A stretch of DNA of 64,000 bases from Octopus vulgaris. Lineage: Eukaryota. The stretch is taken from the NCBI GenBank assembly GCA_951406725.2, contig OX597827.1, positions 82,584,001 to 82,648,000 on the forward strand, read 5' to 3'. Below the pieces are notes generated by a model that worked only from the letters and a program-made list of their open reading frames with translations, did not search any database and was not told where the DNA came from. Below are positions 1 to 12,503 of the stretch, in pieces. Each line of letters opens with the position of its first letter. Within the stretch, counting starts at the first letter, position 1. Made by a program: the position numbers and the translations under genes.

Positions 1-719
1 AGGTTTATTCCAGTTAGTGCTGGTCAGACAATGTTTGATGCTCTGTAGTTTGGTGGTCACTAACAAAAATTACTTGGACGGCTAATGAGAGCTGTGCAAA
101 CCATGTAAAGGTATGTTGTTAGCAAAGGGAGATTTTGTAATGAACTCACTTCTTGTACTCACTGTTCTCCCACCCTGTTTTTCTTCTATAATCAGTCTTA
201 CACCATGATGCTGTTTCTACTCAAACTCTTTTCCAACAACTCTCATATAGCTGCATATCACTCTCTCTCTCTCTCTCTTTCTCTTTGTCTTTCATTACTC
301 TACCTCTATCACCGATTTCTTCGTATTCCTTCCCCCTTTCTATCTTTCTCTCTCATTAAAAGACCAACAGCATGTATAAATAGACCTGAGAAGTACAGAT
401 GTAATCAAAGTGGCTACATATTCTACAAAATCTTAAAGTTCTTCAACTCCAATGATGTATGGTTCTTGGGCCATAAATTTGTCCTCTAGAATGAAAGGAA
501 TTTGGCCTCATACTTTCTCAGACATTCTCATATCACATGAGACTTCAGTGTGTAACCATCTTGAATACTTCATTCATTTTGTTTTTAGACAAACTGACAA
601 ATGTAGGATCTTTCTAAAGACCCAAGTGGGATCTGTTTTTTAAGATGACTTTTACGTGGCACTGGTGCAGGGCTCTTGCAGGCCAACCCCCTTCACCAGG
701 GGAGCGGTCTTAAACACTT

Positions 720-1578
720 CTGCTGTGGAGTACAAATCTTCTTGAGTGCAGCATGGTTCCAGGTATCTCAACCCTTTGACATTTCATCTGAAAGGTTCAG
801 CGTCCTTCAGTGCTTCATCAATTGTCTTCCTGGGTCTTCCTCTTCCACAAGTTCCATCTAATTTGAGAGACACTTCTTTATGGAGCTGTTGGCATTACTT
901 GACCAAATCAGTACAGTCTCCTCTCTTGCACACTGCATCTAATCCTTCTAATGCCTCTCACAATACACTAGCACCCTGTCAAACATGTACAAATACATTA
1001 CACACCCAGCAGAGCATACTGGCCTCGTTCCTCTCTAACTTTCACATGTCCTCTGCATCCAGGGTCCATATCTCACTACCATGTAGAATTGCTGTTCATC
1101 TACATGCATTATAGAATCTTCCTTTCAGTCGGAGAGAGGGACCGGGTTGCCAACAGAGGTAAAACCTCTCTGAATTTTTTCCATTCTATTTTCATTCTAG
1201 CTATTACACTTTCTGTACACCCTCCCCACTACTAATTTGGTACCCTAAGTAGCAGAAATTATCTATTACATCTAATAGACCTCCAGGGCATTTGAGAAAA
1301 TCAATTTCCTGAGTATCTGTAGCTTTTATGGCGCCTATACAGCTTCCACATATGGACATTACTTTCTCTGATAACCCTCCTACCATTCCACTGCACCTCC
1401 TGTGTGTCCATAGCTTACATTGTGCACACTATATGGATATTCCTGCCAACGTCTTACCTACAAATCAAGCAGGACCACCCACCTGAAGTGAGTAGGGTCC
1501 TGTCTGTTTCCTTGCTTACCTTAGTCTTTGCCAAGTTAACCTTAACTCTCTTAGATTACAGGTTTTGCTTCCACCTCT
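720..1578 (-). mobile_element. Decayed RTE-clade LINE, C-terminal RT region with PHD-like Cys-rich insert
   Basis: Minus-strand translation gives WKQNL*SKRVKVNLAKTKV..WSCLICR..CKLWTHRRCSG..ICGSC..DNFCYLG..ILHGSEIW..LERNEASML..GTCGRGRPRKT, with stops and frameshifts. Confidence 0.85.
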
Positions 1579-1581
1579 AGA

Positions 1582-1633
1582 AGATAAGAGAGGAATTCAA
1601 GACTGGCAACCCTGAGAACTACTATATGCTGAT
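1582..1633 (+). mobile_element. Inverted 5' piece of the same RTE (YADD region)
   Basis: Plus-strand IREEFKTG.P*ELLYAD with one frameshift. In an intact element this RT motif lies just upstream of the adjacent minus-strand piece. Confidence 0.65.
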
Positions 1634-1679
1634 TTTGTTGTATTTTTATTTTCTCTTATATTACCACTTTTTTTACATT

Positions 1680-1865
1680 CATTTCATTTTCTCTCCTTCT
1701 TTCTGTGTTTTTCTCTCTCTGTGTATCTTTCTGTTGAAGAGCGTAGGCTCGAAACGTTAAAGACTTGTTTTATTTATATTTCCTGAGCGCCATACTAATA
1801 CAATTGTTCGTTTGTTTTCCACCTGCCTTCGTCTTTTGTTTATTTTCATAAAGCTTCCCGTTATA
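1680..1865 (+). mobile_element. ~190-bp dispersed repeat with variant hammerhead-like fold, copy 1
   Basis: TCTTT-CTGTTGAA-GAGC-GTAG-GCTC-GAAA-CGT-T-AAAGA at 1726-1763, then a conserved 3' part ending in (TA)n. Near-identical to 37495-37685. Confidence 0.7.
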
Positions 1866-1894
1866 TATATATATATATGTATGTATGTATATTC

Positions 1895-2085
1895 ACCCTG
1901 ATAGATCACTAGCCACTAAACCTTTTTCTATTTTCTCTCCCTGTTTATTTCTGTGTTCCTTTCTGTCGAAGAGCATAGGCTCGAAACGTAAAAGACTTTC
2001 TCACTTCCGAGCGTTAAACTAATACATCTGTTTGTTGTTATTACACCCGTCTTCGTCTTTTGCATTTTTGTAAATTCTAACTATA
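1895..2085 (+). mobile_element. ~190-bp hammerhead-like repeat, copy 2 (tandem with copy 1, diverged subfamily)
   Basis: CCTTT-CTGTCGAA-GAGC-ATAG-GCTC-GAAA-CGT-A-AAAGA at 1958-1995. The 3' part (GAGCG..ACTAATACA..TTTGTT..CTTCGTCTTTTG) is homologous to copy 1. Ends in (TA)n. Confidence 0.65.
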
Positions 2086-2097
2086 TATATATATATA

Positions 2098-2410
2098 TAC
2101 CCATGCTAGCAGGGGAAACGGACGTTAAACGATGATGATGATGATGATATTTATATATTTTTTTCAGTGTGTTTAGCTAAATATTATATATATTTCAATA
2201 TCATCATCATCATCATCATTGCTTAACGTCCGCTTTTCATGCTGGCATGGGTTGGCCAGCTTGACTGAGTGCTGGCAATCCAGGAGGCTGCACCAGGCTC
2301 CAATCTGATCTGGCAAAGTTTCTACAGCTGGATGCCCTTCCTAATGCCAACCACTCCAAGAGTGTAGTGGGTGCTTTTTATGTGCCACTGGCACAAGGGC
2401 CAGTCAGGCG
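2098..2410. mobile_element. Two RTE 3'-end fragments arranged tail-to-tail
   Basis: + copy CCATGCTAGC..GGACGTTAAAC(GAT)n at ~2098-2147; - copy (ATC)n..TTAACGTCCGC..CATGCTGGCATGG..GGATGCCCTTCCTAATGCCAACCAC at ~2200-2410. Both match 37320-37493. Confidence 0.75.
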
Positions 2411-3096
2411 GTAATTAGCTATGTAATTAGCTATATTGTATTTATATATTTCAAAGTGATTAGGTGTGTACTGCTTGAAATGTCTTGATAAATTTCATTC
2501 CATTATGTTTAGTAATGAATTAAGTTTGGAAAAGATGACCAATTTGTGTTAACTTCTTTGTCATGGCCAGACAAAACATTGGTAAAGTTTTGTTTAAAGA
2601 CAGCGAAACACTTAAGAAGACAGAATTAATCAGGTTGATAGTTTGTAATTATTGGAGATGGCAGTGGTGGTGGTGGTGGTGAGGAGGAGGAGGAGGCTGA
2701 AGAGAACAACAGTAATGGTGGTGTGGTGCTGGTGATACTAGTGTCAGTGTGGGAGGTAGTAGTGAATCTAGTGGGTGTTGTTGTTGTTGGTGGTGGTGGT
2801 GGGTTACTGGCAGACTGGGATATTATGAGAGAGCAATAGTGAAACTCAAAAAAAAAAAAACAGTGATCAAAAAGAGAACAACTCTTACCTTTGAACCCAT
2901 GATCTCACAATAACAAGTTTGACCTTCCTGACCTCTCTCACCTCCATCTTTGAATAAAGTTTAACACTGTTTATACTTAATAATGACTTATACTGCATTA
3001 TTTACATATTTACACTAATTAGACATTTATGTGGTTGTGTGTCTGCTCTTGTATGCATGTGTGTGTGTGTGGGTATATGTGCATGTAGGCATATGC

Positions 3097-3131
<35 letters not shown>

Positions 3132-3774
3132 TACACACATGCACACACACACATGTCATTTATATCTTATATTTTATTTGTCTCTCCCTGTATTCGGTGG
3201 CCATACTGGGGCACAAAGTTTATGCCATTGTATGTATATGTATACATATATACTTTATCCAAAGGTTAACGAGGCTACCAATCATTTCATTATGATTGAG
3301 CACTCATTCTCACTGTCCGATATTAGTTTACATATATACATACATACATATATATATATACACACACACACCCATACATGTGTATATATATATAATGTAT
3401 ATGATATATATATATAATATAATATATATGTGTGTGTGCATATATATATATTTATATATACATGCATATATATATACACATATCTTCCTCCATTTTATGT
3501 GTGTGTGTATACACACACACATTATCAGTCACTTGTCCATAAATCAGAAAAATAGCAGACTCTAAAAAAGAAATTGAGCAGTTATGCTTTGGAATGGGTG
3601 AGCAGTGTCTCTGTGGTTATGGCACAACCAGGAACTTTAGAATCATGCGAGAAAGAGAAGCTACACTTAATACGAATATCATTTTCCTCAAGTTTACAAA
3701 AAACATATCCATGTATCACTGTTTTGTAGAGTATCTGTATGTATGCATGTATGCATGTACATGTATGTATATGC

Positions 3775-3819
<45 letters not shown>

Positions 3820-3846
3820 ATATTTATGTATGTATGTATATACATG

Positions 3847-3880
<34 letters not shown>

Positions 3881-4678
3881 TGCTTGTATTTGTTTGTCTG
3901 TCTGTATGTATATGCATCTATATATGTATGTATATGTCTATGTATGTTTGAGATGCTGGTCTAAATGAAACCACCATCAATATCGCCATTACTCTGAACA
4001 AATCCCATCACCTCGTCCAGCTGTCCTCTTATTAATTGACCACCACCACCACCACCATGACCACTGATCACTATTTGAACATCATGGGGATCAGTAACAT
4101 CTATTTACTCCATTAACTACCTTTACTCAATGATGGACGTCACATGATGGAAGACATATATATATATATTGATATCAGTCGCGTGGTGTATATATTAATG
4201 TAGACATACAAGGACAGTGAAAACCAGGGTCAACTAAGAGCTTAAGTGTTGAGGGAGTTGGTCAGTAGACAGATGAAATAGGCCCCAGATTCAAGCATCT
4301 TCAGGGAGTTAACAGGATCAGCTGATGCCATGTACATGTAGCACCAGACTGGCCATAGTCATGTGACTAGAACTAAGGAAAGGATAAAAGTGAAAATGAT
4401 GTGTCTGCATGTATGTATGACAAGGCATACGCACATTCTATATCAGTATATATATGTATTTGCTTATACATATGTGTGTGTGGGGGGGAGAGATGTGTGT
4501 GGGAGGAATGTGTGTGGGGGGTATGTGTGTGCGTGTGTGTGTGTACAAATTGATGAGACCCAACATCACGAAAACAAACAAAAGCAAAAATGTTTGCAGT
4601 CATTGATCAATGAACAAGTTCATTTCAAACACACATACACATCTATGTGTGCATATATACATATACATATATATATAT

Positions 4679-4744
<66 letters not shown>

Positions 4745-5542
4745 TATATATACATATACATATACATATATATATATACATATATTATATATATATACAT
4801 ATTATATATATATATATATATATATATGCATATATTTGTATATATGTATATATGTATTTATACACATATATATCTATGTATAGAAATATATGTGTACGTG
4901 TGTGTATATATATATATAACTACATACATGTGTGTGTTTGTGTGTGTGCATACACACATAAAGATAAAGATATAAAGATAAATGTATATACACATAAATC
5001 TAGAAAAACGAGAGAAAAAAACTCGGCGATCTGGGTTTAGTTTGATATTGCAATATCGTGGATGTTGCTAATAGCATGCTGATTGCTTAATGATATAACA
5101 TCATAAAAGAATCAGTAAAATTGTGTATAGTCATTAGCGTAGATTTACTTAACGAGGAGTCAGTCGAAGACATTTCATTCATCTGTTTGATTTGTCACTC
5201 TCTTTAAAGACTTGTCACAAATTGCTTCTGACTTAATGGACAGTCACTGCTTCGTTAATGTCACGACAAAATGTGCCAGTTAATTAGTCTTCACTTATTT
5301 GTATTGGCCTCCCATATATGTATGTTTGCCGAGATGTGTATATAAATATATTTACACACACACACACACACACACATACACATACATTTGTACATAGATA
5401 TAGATGTAGATGTAGATATAGAAACAAATATAAATATACATACACACACACACACATATATATATATGCATATATACACATCTATATATACATTATGCAG
5501 ATATATGTACATATGTCTGTTTATGTATATACATACATATAC

Positions 5543-5678
<136 letters not shown>

Positions 5679-6377
5679 ATGTACATAAATGCGTGTGTAT
5701 ATCATTACCTCATTAATGGGTTGTTATGTTAACGGACACAATATCATATATTTTTTTACACAACACATTCACATCACACTTCCATGATGCACTGTTTTAC
5801 TTTGCCAAGTTTAATTCATTAATTTTTGTTCTTCTTTTCTTCTGCGTCTCTATCGGGGGGGGGGGGCGAGGGGGGGTCGGGGGAGGGGGGTGTTTAATCA
5901 CTGGATGCATCCAATTTATTGTTCATAAGCACACATACTTACAGTTATTTGTCTGCCTGTGTGTCTGTGCACGCACATACATACATACATATGTATATGA
6001 TTATGATTGTAAATGTAAATACATCTACATTAATGCTTATATGTGTTTGCGTGAACGAGTGTGTGCATATAAACAACTATATATACGTTTGCACATACAA
6101 GTGCACACGCACACACATACACATACATAAAACATAATGGAACATAGACAAATACATGTTTATAAAGATATACGTACGCACACATTCGTATGCATTTTGT
6201 ATATTTGAGATTCCTCTCTTTCTCGCAATTTCCTCCTCACAGATATATGGCTGTCACAGCTCTAATTAATTTTTAAATATTCATTGAGCAATTCCAAGTA
6301 AAAATAGAAATTGCTTTTATACACATTGACATAAGTACCAGGGAGCCTACATGTTTCATTCTGGCTGTCTAACTGCC

Positions 6378-6596
<219 letters not shown>

Positions 6597-6600
<4 letters not shown>

Positions 6601-6677
6601 CAAAACCGTCCAACCCATGCTAGCATGGAAAGTGGACGCCAAACGATGATGATGATGATGATGATAATGATGATGAT
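6597..6677 (+). mobile_element. RTE 3' tail fragment
   Basis: CCGTCCAACCCATGCTAGCATGGAAAGTGGACGCCAAAC(GAT)n. Confidence 0.75.
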
Positions 6678-6694
6678 GTGTGTGTATGTGTATA

Positions 6695-7860
6695 TCATCA
6701 TCATCATCCTCTTTGTTTAATGTCTGCATTCCTTGCTGGCATGGGTGGGACAGTTTTACAGGAGCCAGCCAGGCAGAAGCCTACACGAGACTTCTGTAAC
6801 TGTTTTAGTAGGATTCTTACAGCTGGATGCCCTTCCTAACACCAACCACTCAGCAAAGTGGACTTGGTGCTCTTTACGTGACACAAGCACAGGCAAGGTC
6901 AGTTTTGGCAAGTTTTTTACAGCTGGATGCCCTTCCAAATGCCAAGTGTGGACTGGATGCTTTTTAAGTGGCACCTGCACTGGCAGGGTCACCAAGTACC
7001 TTGCAAGACAAAAAAAAAACCTTTGAGATGGGAGGGGGGCATTGGAGGAGGTGATCTTGTGTTAGATCAAGAAAGGTTGTAGTGAGAGATAGAAACAGGT
7101 ATCTTGCTGTAGAGGAGGTACAAGGTTACCTGGCCAGAGAGAGAGAGAGAGAGAGAGAGATCAGGAATGAAGAAAGGAAAAGGTGTGCTGCTGCAAAGGA
7201 GATACATGGTTACCCAACATGAGGGAAGGAGAGAGAGAGTGGGAGACAACAGGATAGAGATGGTGGCAAAAAGGAAGAGAGTGATATAGAATGTGGCAAG
7301 TGTCAGGGCAGACCCTTGAGGTTCGAATGTCATAATATAAGTGGCAGGATATTGCGAAAGGAGCATGATTGGAGAGTGCAGAGGAGGGAGAAAAGGGTGG
7401 TGAGAACCTGAGTATATATAGAGTGGTGGGGTGGGCTACCGGATAGCAATAATACAGAAAAACATGGCCATGAGGACAGGATTGGGGAGTGAGAGGTAAG
7501 CATAGAGCATGAAGTGGAAATGTGAGGGAGAGGAGAGATGTAGTTTGGTTTGTTGTGGTAGGGTGTGTGAGAAGTTTTCATGTTAAGTGTGGGTGGGACA
7601 CACAGCACTTCTAGAACTCAGTTTTGCTGACACGGGCAGGTCTTCTCAAGAGCCTCATATTGCCAGATATCTCTGTCCATTGACATTTCTTCCATGTGCT
7701 TATTGTTCCTGCACATCTGCCACATACAAAGACAACTTTATCAGTTAATCTATCCGTGATTCCACTGCACCTCTTATGTATCCATAGTTTACCCGGGATG
7801 CAGCGAATGGACTTTCTTCCAACTCCTTTCCTACATATTGAGAAGGGGCCATTTACCTGA
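6695..7860 (-). mobile_element. Internally deleted RTE LINE with long 3' UTR
   Basis: (ATC)n tail and conserved 3' end at ~6695-6990. ORF-end-like sequence at ~7620-7690 joins directly to the PHD-like segment at ~7705-7860 (GKW..ICRKGVGRKSIRCIPGKLWIHKRCSGITDRLTDKVVFVCGRCAG). Confidence 0.65.
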
Positions 7861-9338
7861 CAGAAAGAAAGTTTTCTCTTCTGTGGTCAAACCCTTGCTG
7901 GAGAGGGAGGGTTGTTGCTCGAAGCTCATATGTGTGGCCGCAGGATTTGGCTCCTGGTAAAAGTGAGAAATGATTGTCAAAGAACTTCTACAACTTCACC
8001 AGCTCCAATGTCTGGCTCCAACTTTCTTCAACTGTACTCCCATGTATTCCTGTGTGTGTGATACAGTTGAGAATGACACCAATTGCTCTGCCTGCAGCGC
8101 CAAGGCCAAGCTGATGGCCAAGATCAAGGAACTTCCGAGAGATGCAGTGAGGAATGCAGGCACCAGGTCCTGGAGCCATCTTCAGGTCATAGAGGAATCT
8201 AAGGGTGGCTGTTATCTCGCAGCCACCCTTTTTGGCAACCAAAATATATCTGGTTGATATTTTTTTTTTAATTACTTTTATTTTCGAATGGGGTGTTTTC
8301 TTTTTCTTTTATGCAAATTGATGAATAAACCCGAAGCAGCCTGGTTGCGAATACTGCACACTCTACATGTATACACCCTGCATCTTATATTCACAGACTA
8401 GTCATAGCACATATGTATACTTTCACATTATATATATACACATATTACATACACACACATATGTGTGTGTGTATATATATTATATATATATATAATATAT
8501 ACATACATATACACACACACATACACACACACACACACATACACACACACACACACGCATAAACATACATTACACATTATATATATATACATACACCCAT
8601 TCACAGCCAACACAGTGTATTATGTTAAGAGAGAATGAGAAGGAGAGGCCAATCCTCATTAAAGTCAATGTTGGAGTAATTAGTGCACTGGCTGTTAATT
8701 ACCTTCTATGTAGTGGTTGAGGGAGTGGAAGGGGGCTTCGAGGAAAAACTGGGGGTTGTGTGTCGAGGGGAGAGACAGACAAAGTGACAGTGAAGTAGCT
8801 TATAAATGGTAGGGGTGGGGTATTTAAGTGAGAGATTGATGATGATGATGATGATGATGACAATGATGGTGATGGTGGTAGTGGTGGTGGTGGTGGTGAT
8901 GGATCTAAAATAAACTAGGGACACACAGACAGCCGGGTCCATAGAAAGTTAAGTCAAGGGGTTAGCGTCAGTTACAACGAACCTCATTGAATTGACATAT
9001 GAAATGACTGAGTATTCCACAGACACATGGACTCTTAATGTAATCCTTGGGTAGAATCAGTGTGACGCAGTGTGGGACAAGGTATGTTTGCCATATCACT
9101 CCGATGGCTTGGCTCAACCTGGGCCCCTGGGCCACAGTAAAAGACATCCGCCCCATGATTCCATGCAACAAGATCAAAGCAAGAGATTTGGAACTGCAAG
9201 GGGAACTTCTTAGGTATTCAGCTTTGCTCAGACCCAAAGATACACACAACACTCACACACACACACATGCACACATACATATGTGTGTGTGTGTATAGAT
9301 ATGTGTGTGCATATATATATATACACACACATGTATAA

Positions 9339-9406
<68 letters not shown>

Positions 9407-9510
9407 GTATATATACATATATATACACATACACATATATAACTATACATGTGTATGTGTGTATGTAAATAGATGTATATTTGTATATATACCTACACAC
9501 GTGCACACAC

Positions 9511-9541
<31 letters not shown>

Positions 9542-10701
9542 CATTTGTGATACTGGTTCAAGTTTACTAATTAGACAGTATGAAATAACAAAAGGTGGGT
9601 GAGTGTGTGGCAAAAGCAGAATTAAAATTCGGCTGATTTGATGTGTTTATTTCACTGCCTGGAGTAGGAAAGTAGATTGTGGAAAGGGAGGAGTAGCAGT
9701 GGAAGTATTTAGAAGTGAATGTGTTGAAGAAAGGGGGTGTTATAGTGATTGGAGGGGCAGATAAACAAATGAGAGAGGAAGAAAAAGAGGGGGAGGAGAG
9801 TTAAGAAGGCATCACATTTCTAAACAACCAGCTGACTGTAATAGATAACCCAAGTGATTAGGTGTCATGTAAAGTTCAGGTAATTGACCAGCTGTTTGTC
9901 GTGAATTATAGTTTGCACTTTGAATATTGGTGGAGGTCAAGGAGGACTCTTGCAATCAGGTGTCTTGACAAAGAATATCGTAATTTAGAAATTATTACAG
10001 GAAATATTGATATAATAAAATTTGAGTATTTCATACATTCTATACTCAAGCAATTTCTAACTCACCATCTTTTCATCTCTCTCTCCCCTTTTCCCTCTCT
10101 CCCCCTTTCTCTCTCTCCCCTTTTCTCTCTCTCTCTCTTTCTCTCCCTCTTTCTCTCTCTTCCCTACAACCAACTTTGCTCAGTTTCTGTCCCCGCCTTC
10201 ATGTTTCTCACATTGTCTATTTTCCCTCCCTTGCTATTATCACTTGTCTCTCTTCCTTACCACACTATATTCCTACTTTCCTCTTCCTCTTCCTCTTCCT
10301 CCTACTTCTCACTGTTTCACATGTCTTGCTCTCCCCCTCCACCCCTGCATTTTACAATGGCTGAATTTCTGTTTTCTCCTTGATTTGTTGTTTAAGGCCA
10401 CAAGGCCCTCTAACATCCACCCCCACCCTTTATGTGTTACATTATTTATAAATAATTAACATCCTTATTATTTCCTTGCTTGTTTTATTTTGTATTTTTC
10501 TTAAATTTGTCACAGTACACTCATTTTTTCCTTGTTCTTGATTATACTTCACATACACCCATCTACATTCATCCATCTCTAATAGTTTGTCTTAGGTGTC
10601 AAAATTGTTATGATTTATAATTGGCAACTGATGAAGGACTCAGACATGTGCATATCTATCTACACAATCACCTTACATAAGCATGTATATATATCTATGT
10701 A

Positions 10702-11056
10702 TCATTGGACTGCAACCATGTTGGGCCACTGCCTTGACGGATTTTCTTAGTCAAATCAATTGACCCCAGTACTCATATTTGCTTAAACCTGATATTTATT
10801 CTATCAATATCTTTTGCTGATCCACTAAGTTATAGGGATCTAATAACACCAACACCAGGGGACAAATACAGACACAAAGATACATACACACACACTATGT
10901 ACAACAGGCTTTTTTCAGTTTCCGTTTACCAAATCCACTCACAAGCCTTTGGTTGGACTGAGGCTATAGCAGAAGACACTTGCTCAAAGTGTCACACAAT
11001 GGGGCTGAACCTGGAGCCATGTGGTTGGGAAGCAAGCTTCTTACCACACAGCCATG
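10702..11056 (-). mobile_element. tRNA-derived SINE (family A)
   Basis: Reverse complement of the GGCTGTGTGGTAAGAAGCTTGCTTCCCAACCAC..GGTTCAG..GCAAGTGTCTTCT..GAGTGGATTTGGTA..GGAAACTGAAA unit plus its 3' domain. Confidence 0.8.
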
Positions 11057-11074
11057 TCTGAGTATGCGTGTGTG

Positions 11075-11123
<49 letters not shown>

Positions 11124-11147
11124 AAGTATATATATATATACATTAGA

Positions 11148-11585
11148 AAGTAAGGAAAGATGTCAGGAAGGGCATCGCTGTTGCACTTCCAGAAGGGAAG
11201 GGTCTTCCTTTGATTCTGACGTGCAATGTTTGTGCGAGACCCTGCCTCAGTAAAGCTGGACTCAAGAGTCATCTTCGTAGTCATAAAACGAGACAGATGA
11301 GTGACAACCTGGCCACTGGTGGTGGCGTAACACACCATACTAATCATATGTGTCGGGCATGTGGAAGAGAGTGCAATTCGGGAGGAGGACTTAAACGACA
11401 TGCAAAGATACATGAAGCCCAGTTACAACTACAGCCGGCTATGACCGGTAAAGGTTATAGTTGCCAATTTTGTACAATACATTGTAGATCTTAAGTTGGG
11501 CTAAAAAGTCACATTCGATCACAGCACCAGTAACAGTTAAGCTTCGTGCAATGGCCATACTCGATAACGAGGGGGCAGCCATCAT
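11148..11585 (+). mobile_element. LINE ORF2 3' end with three C2H2 zinc fingers (pseudogenised)
   Basis: CNVCARPCLSKAGLKSHLRSH, CRACGRECNSGGGLKRHAKIH and [21 protein letters not shown], with an in-frame stop at 11492-11494 and a terminal stop at 11531-11533. No TGEKP linkers. Short 3' UTR, then (TA)n. Confidence 0.65.
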
Positions 11586-11601
11586 ATATATATATATAGT
11601 G

Positions 11602-11634
<33 letters not shown>

Positions 11635-11638
<4 letters not shown>

Positions 11639-11700
11639 CGGGAAGCTTTATGAAAATAAACAAAAGACGAAGGCAGGTGGAAAACAAACGAACAATTGTA
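11635..11700 (-). mobile_element. Truncated 3' part of the hammerhead-like repeat family
   Basis: Reverse complement of ~1799-1864, embedded in (TA)n on both sides. Confidence 0.7.
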
Positions 11701-11756
<56 letters not shown>

Positions 11757-12374
11757 TACATACATATATAGGGATGTGAATTAAATATTAAAACAGAAGC
11801 TGAGAGTTTCTCTTGTGATTTAAGTTTCATGTCATTGCACAGAGTCTCTCTCTCTCTCTCCCTCTCTCCCTCTCTCTCTCTCTTTCCCTCTCTCTCCATG
11901 TATGTGTGTGCTTGTGTGTGTATGGGAACCTGCATACACAGGCAAACTGTTGTAAGCACATGTCTACAAATCAACTTACAACCTACTCATGCATACAGCT
12001 ACATTTAAATACATGATCACACACATAAAAAAAAGCATATATACAATTACACTTATATGTATAATACGAAGACACCTACACACACACAAATGCAGACACG
12101 CACACACACACACACACGCACAGTGCGAAAAGGAGAAAATGATATGAAACCAGTTCCCCACCTCCACCTCCCCCATCCGCTGACGATAACTTGATTTCTC
12201 TTACTTAAGCAATTAAATGCAGTCAGTTTGATGTAAGAGTCTCAATCAAATTAAACATCCCTCTCCCTACCCCCTCTCCCTCTCTCATTCACACACACAC
12301 ACACTCTCTCTTTCTCCCTATCTCAACTCATCTATACATTTCTCTGTCTATCTACCCTATCTATCCATCTACCT

Positions 12375-12413
<39 letters not shown>

Positions 12414-12447
12414 CACACATATATATATTTGTATATATATATGTGTG

Positions 12448-12503
<56 letters not shown>

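Noticed and set aside
7970-8257. 95-aa non-repetitive ORF
   Set aside because: No recognisable domain or clear splice signals; possibly a decayed LINE end, but it cannot be assigned by eye.
10628-10650. CTGATGAAGG motif (similar isolated CTGANGA hits near 23615, 42665, 43152, 51620, 60150)
   Set aside because: No paired stem II followed by GAAA and stem I; expected by chance or from truncated remnants.
11210-11494. Host C2H2 zinc-finger gene
   Set aside because: No ATG start or TGEKP linkers, an in-frame stop in the third finger, and retrotransposon-like context.
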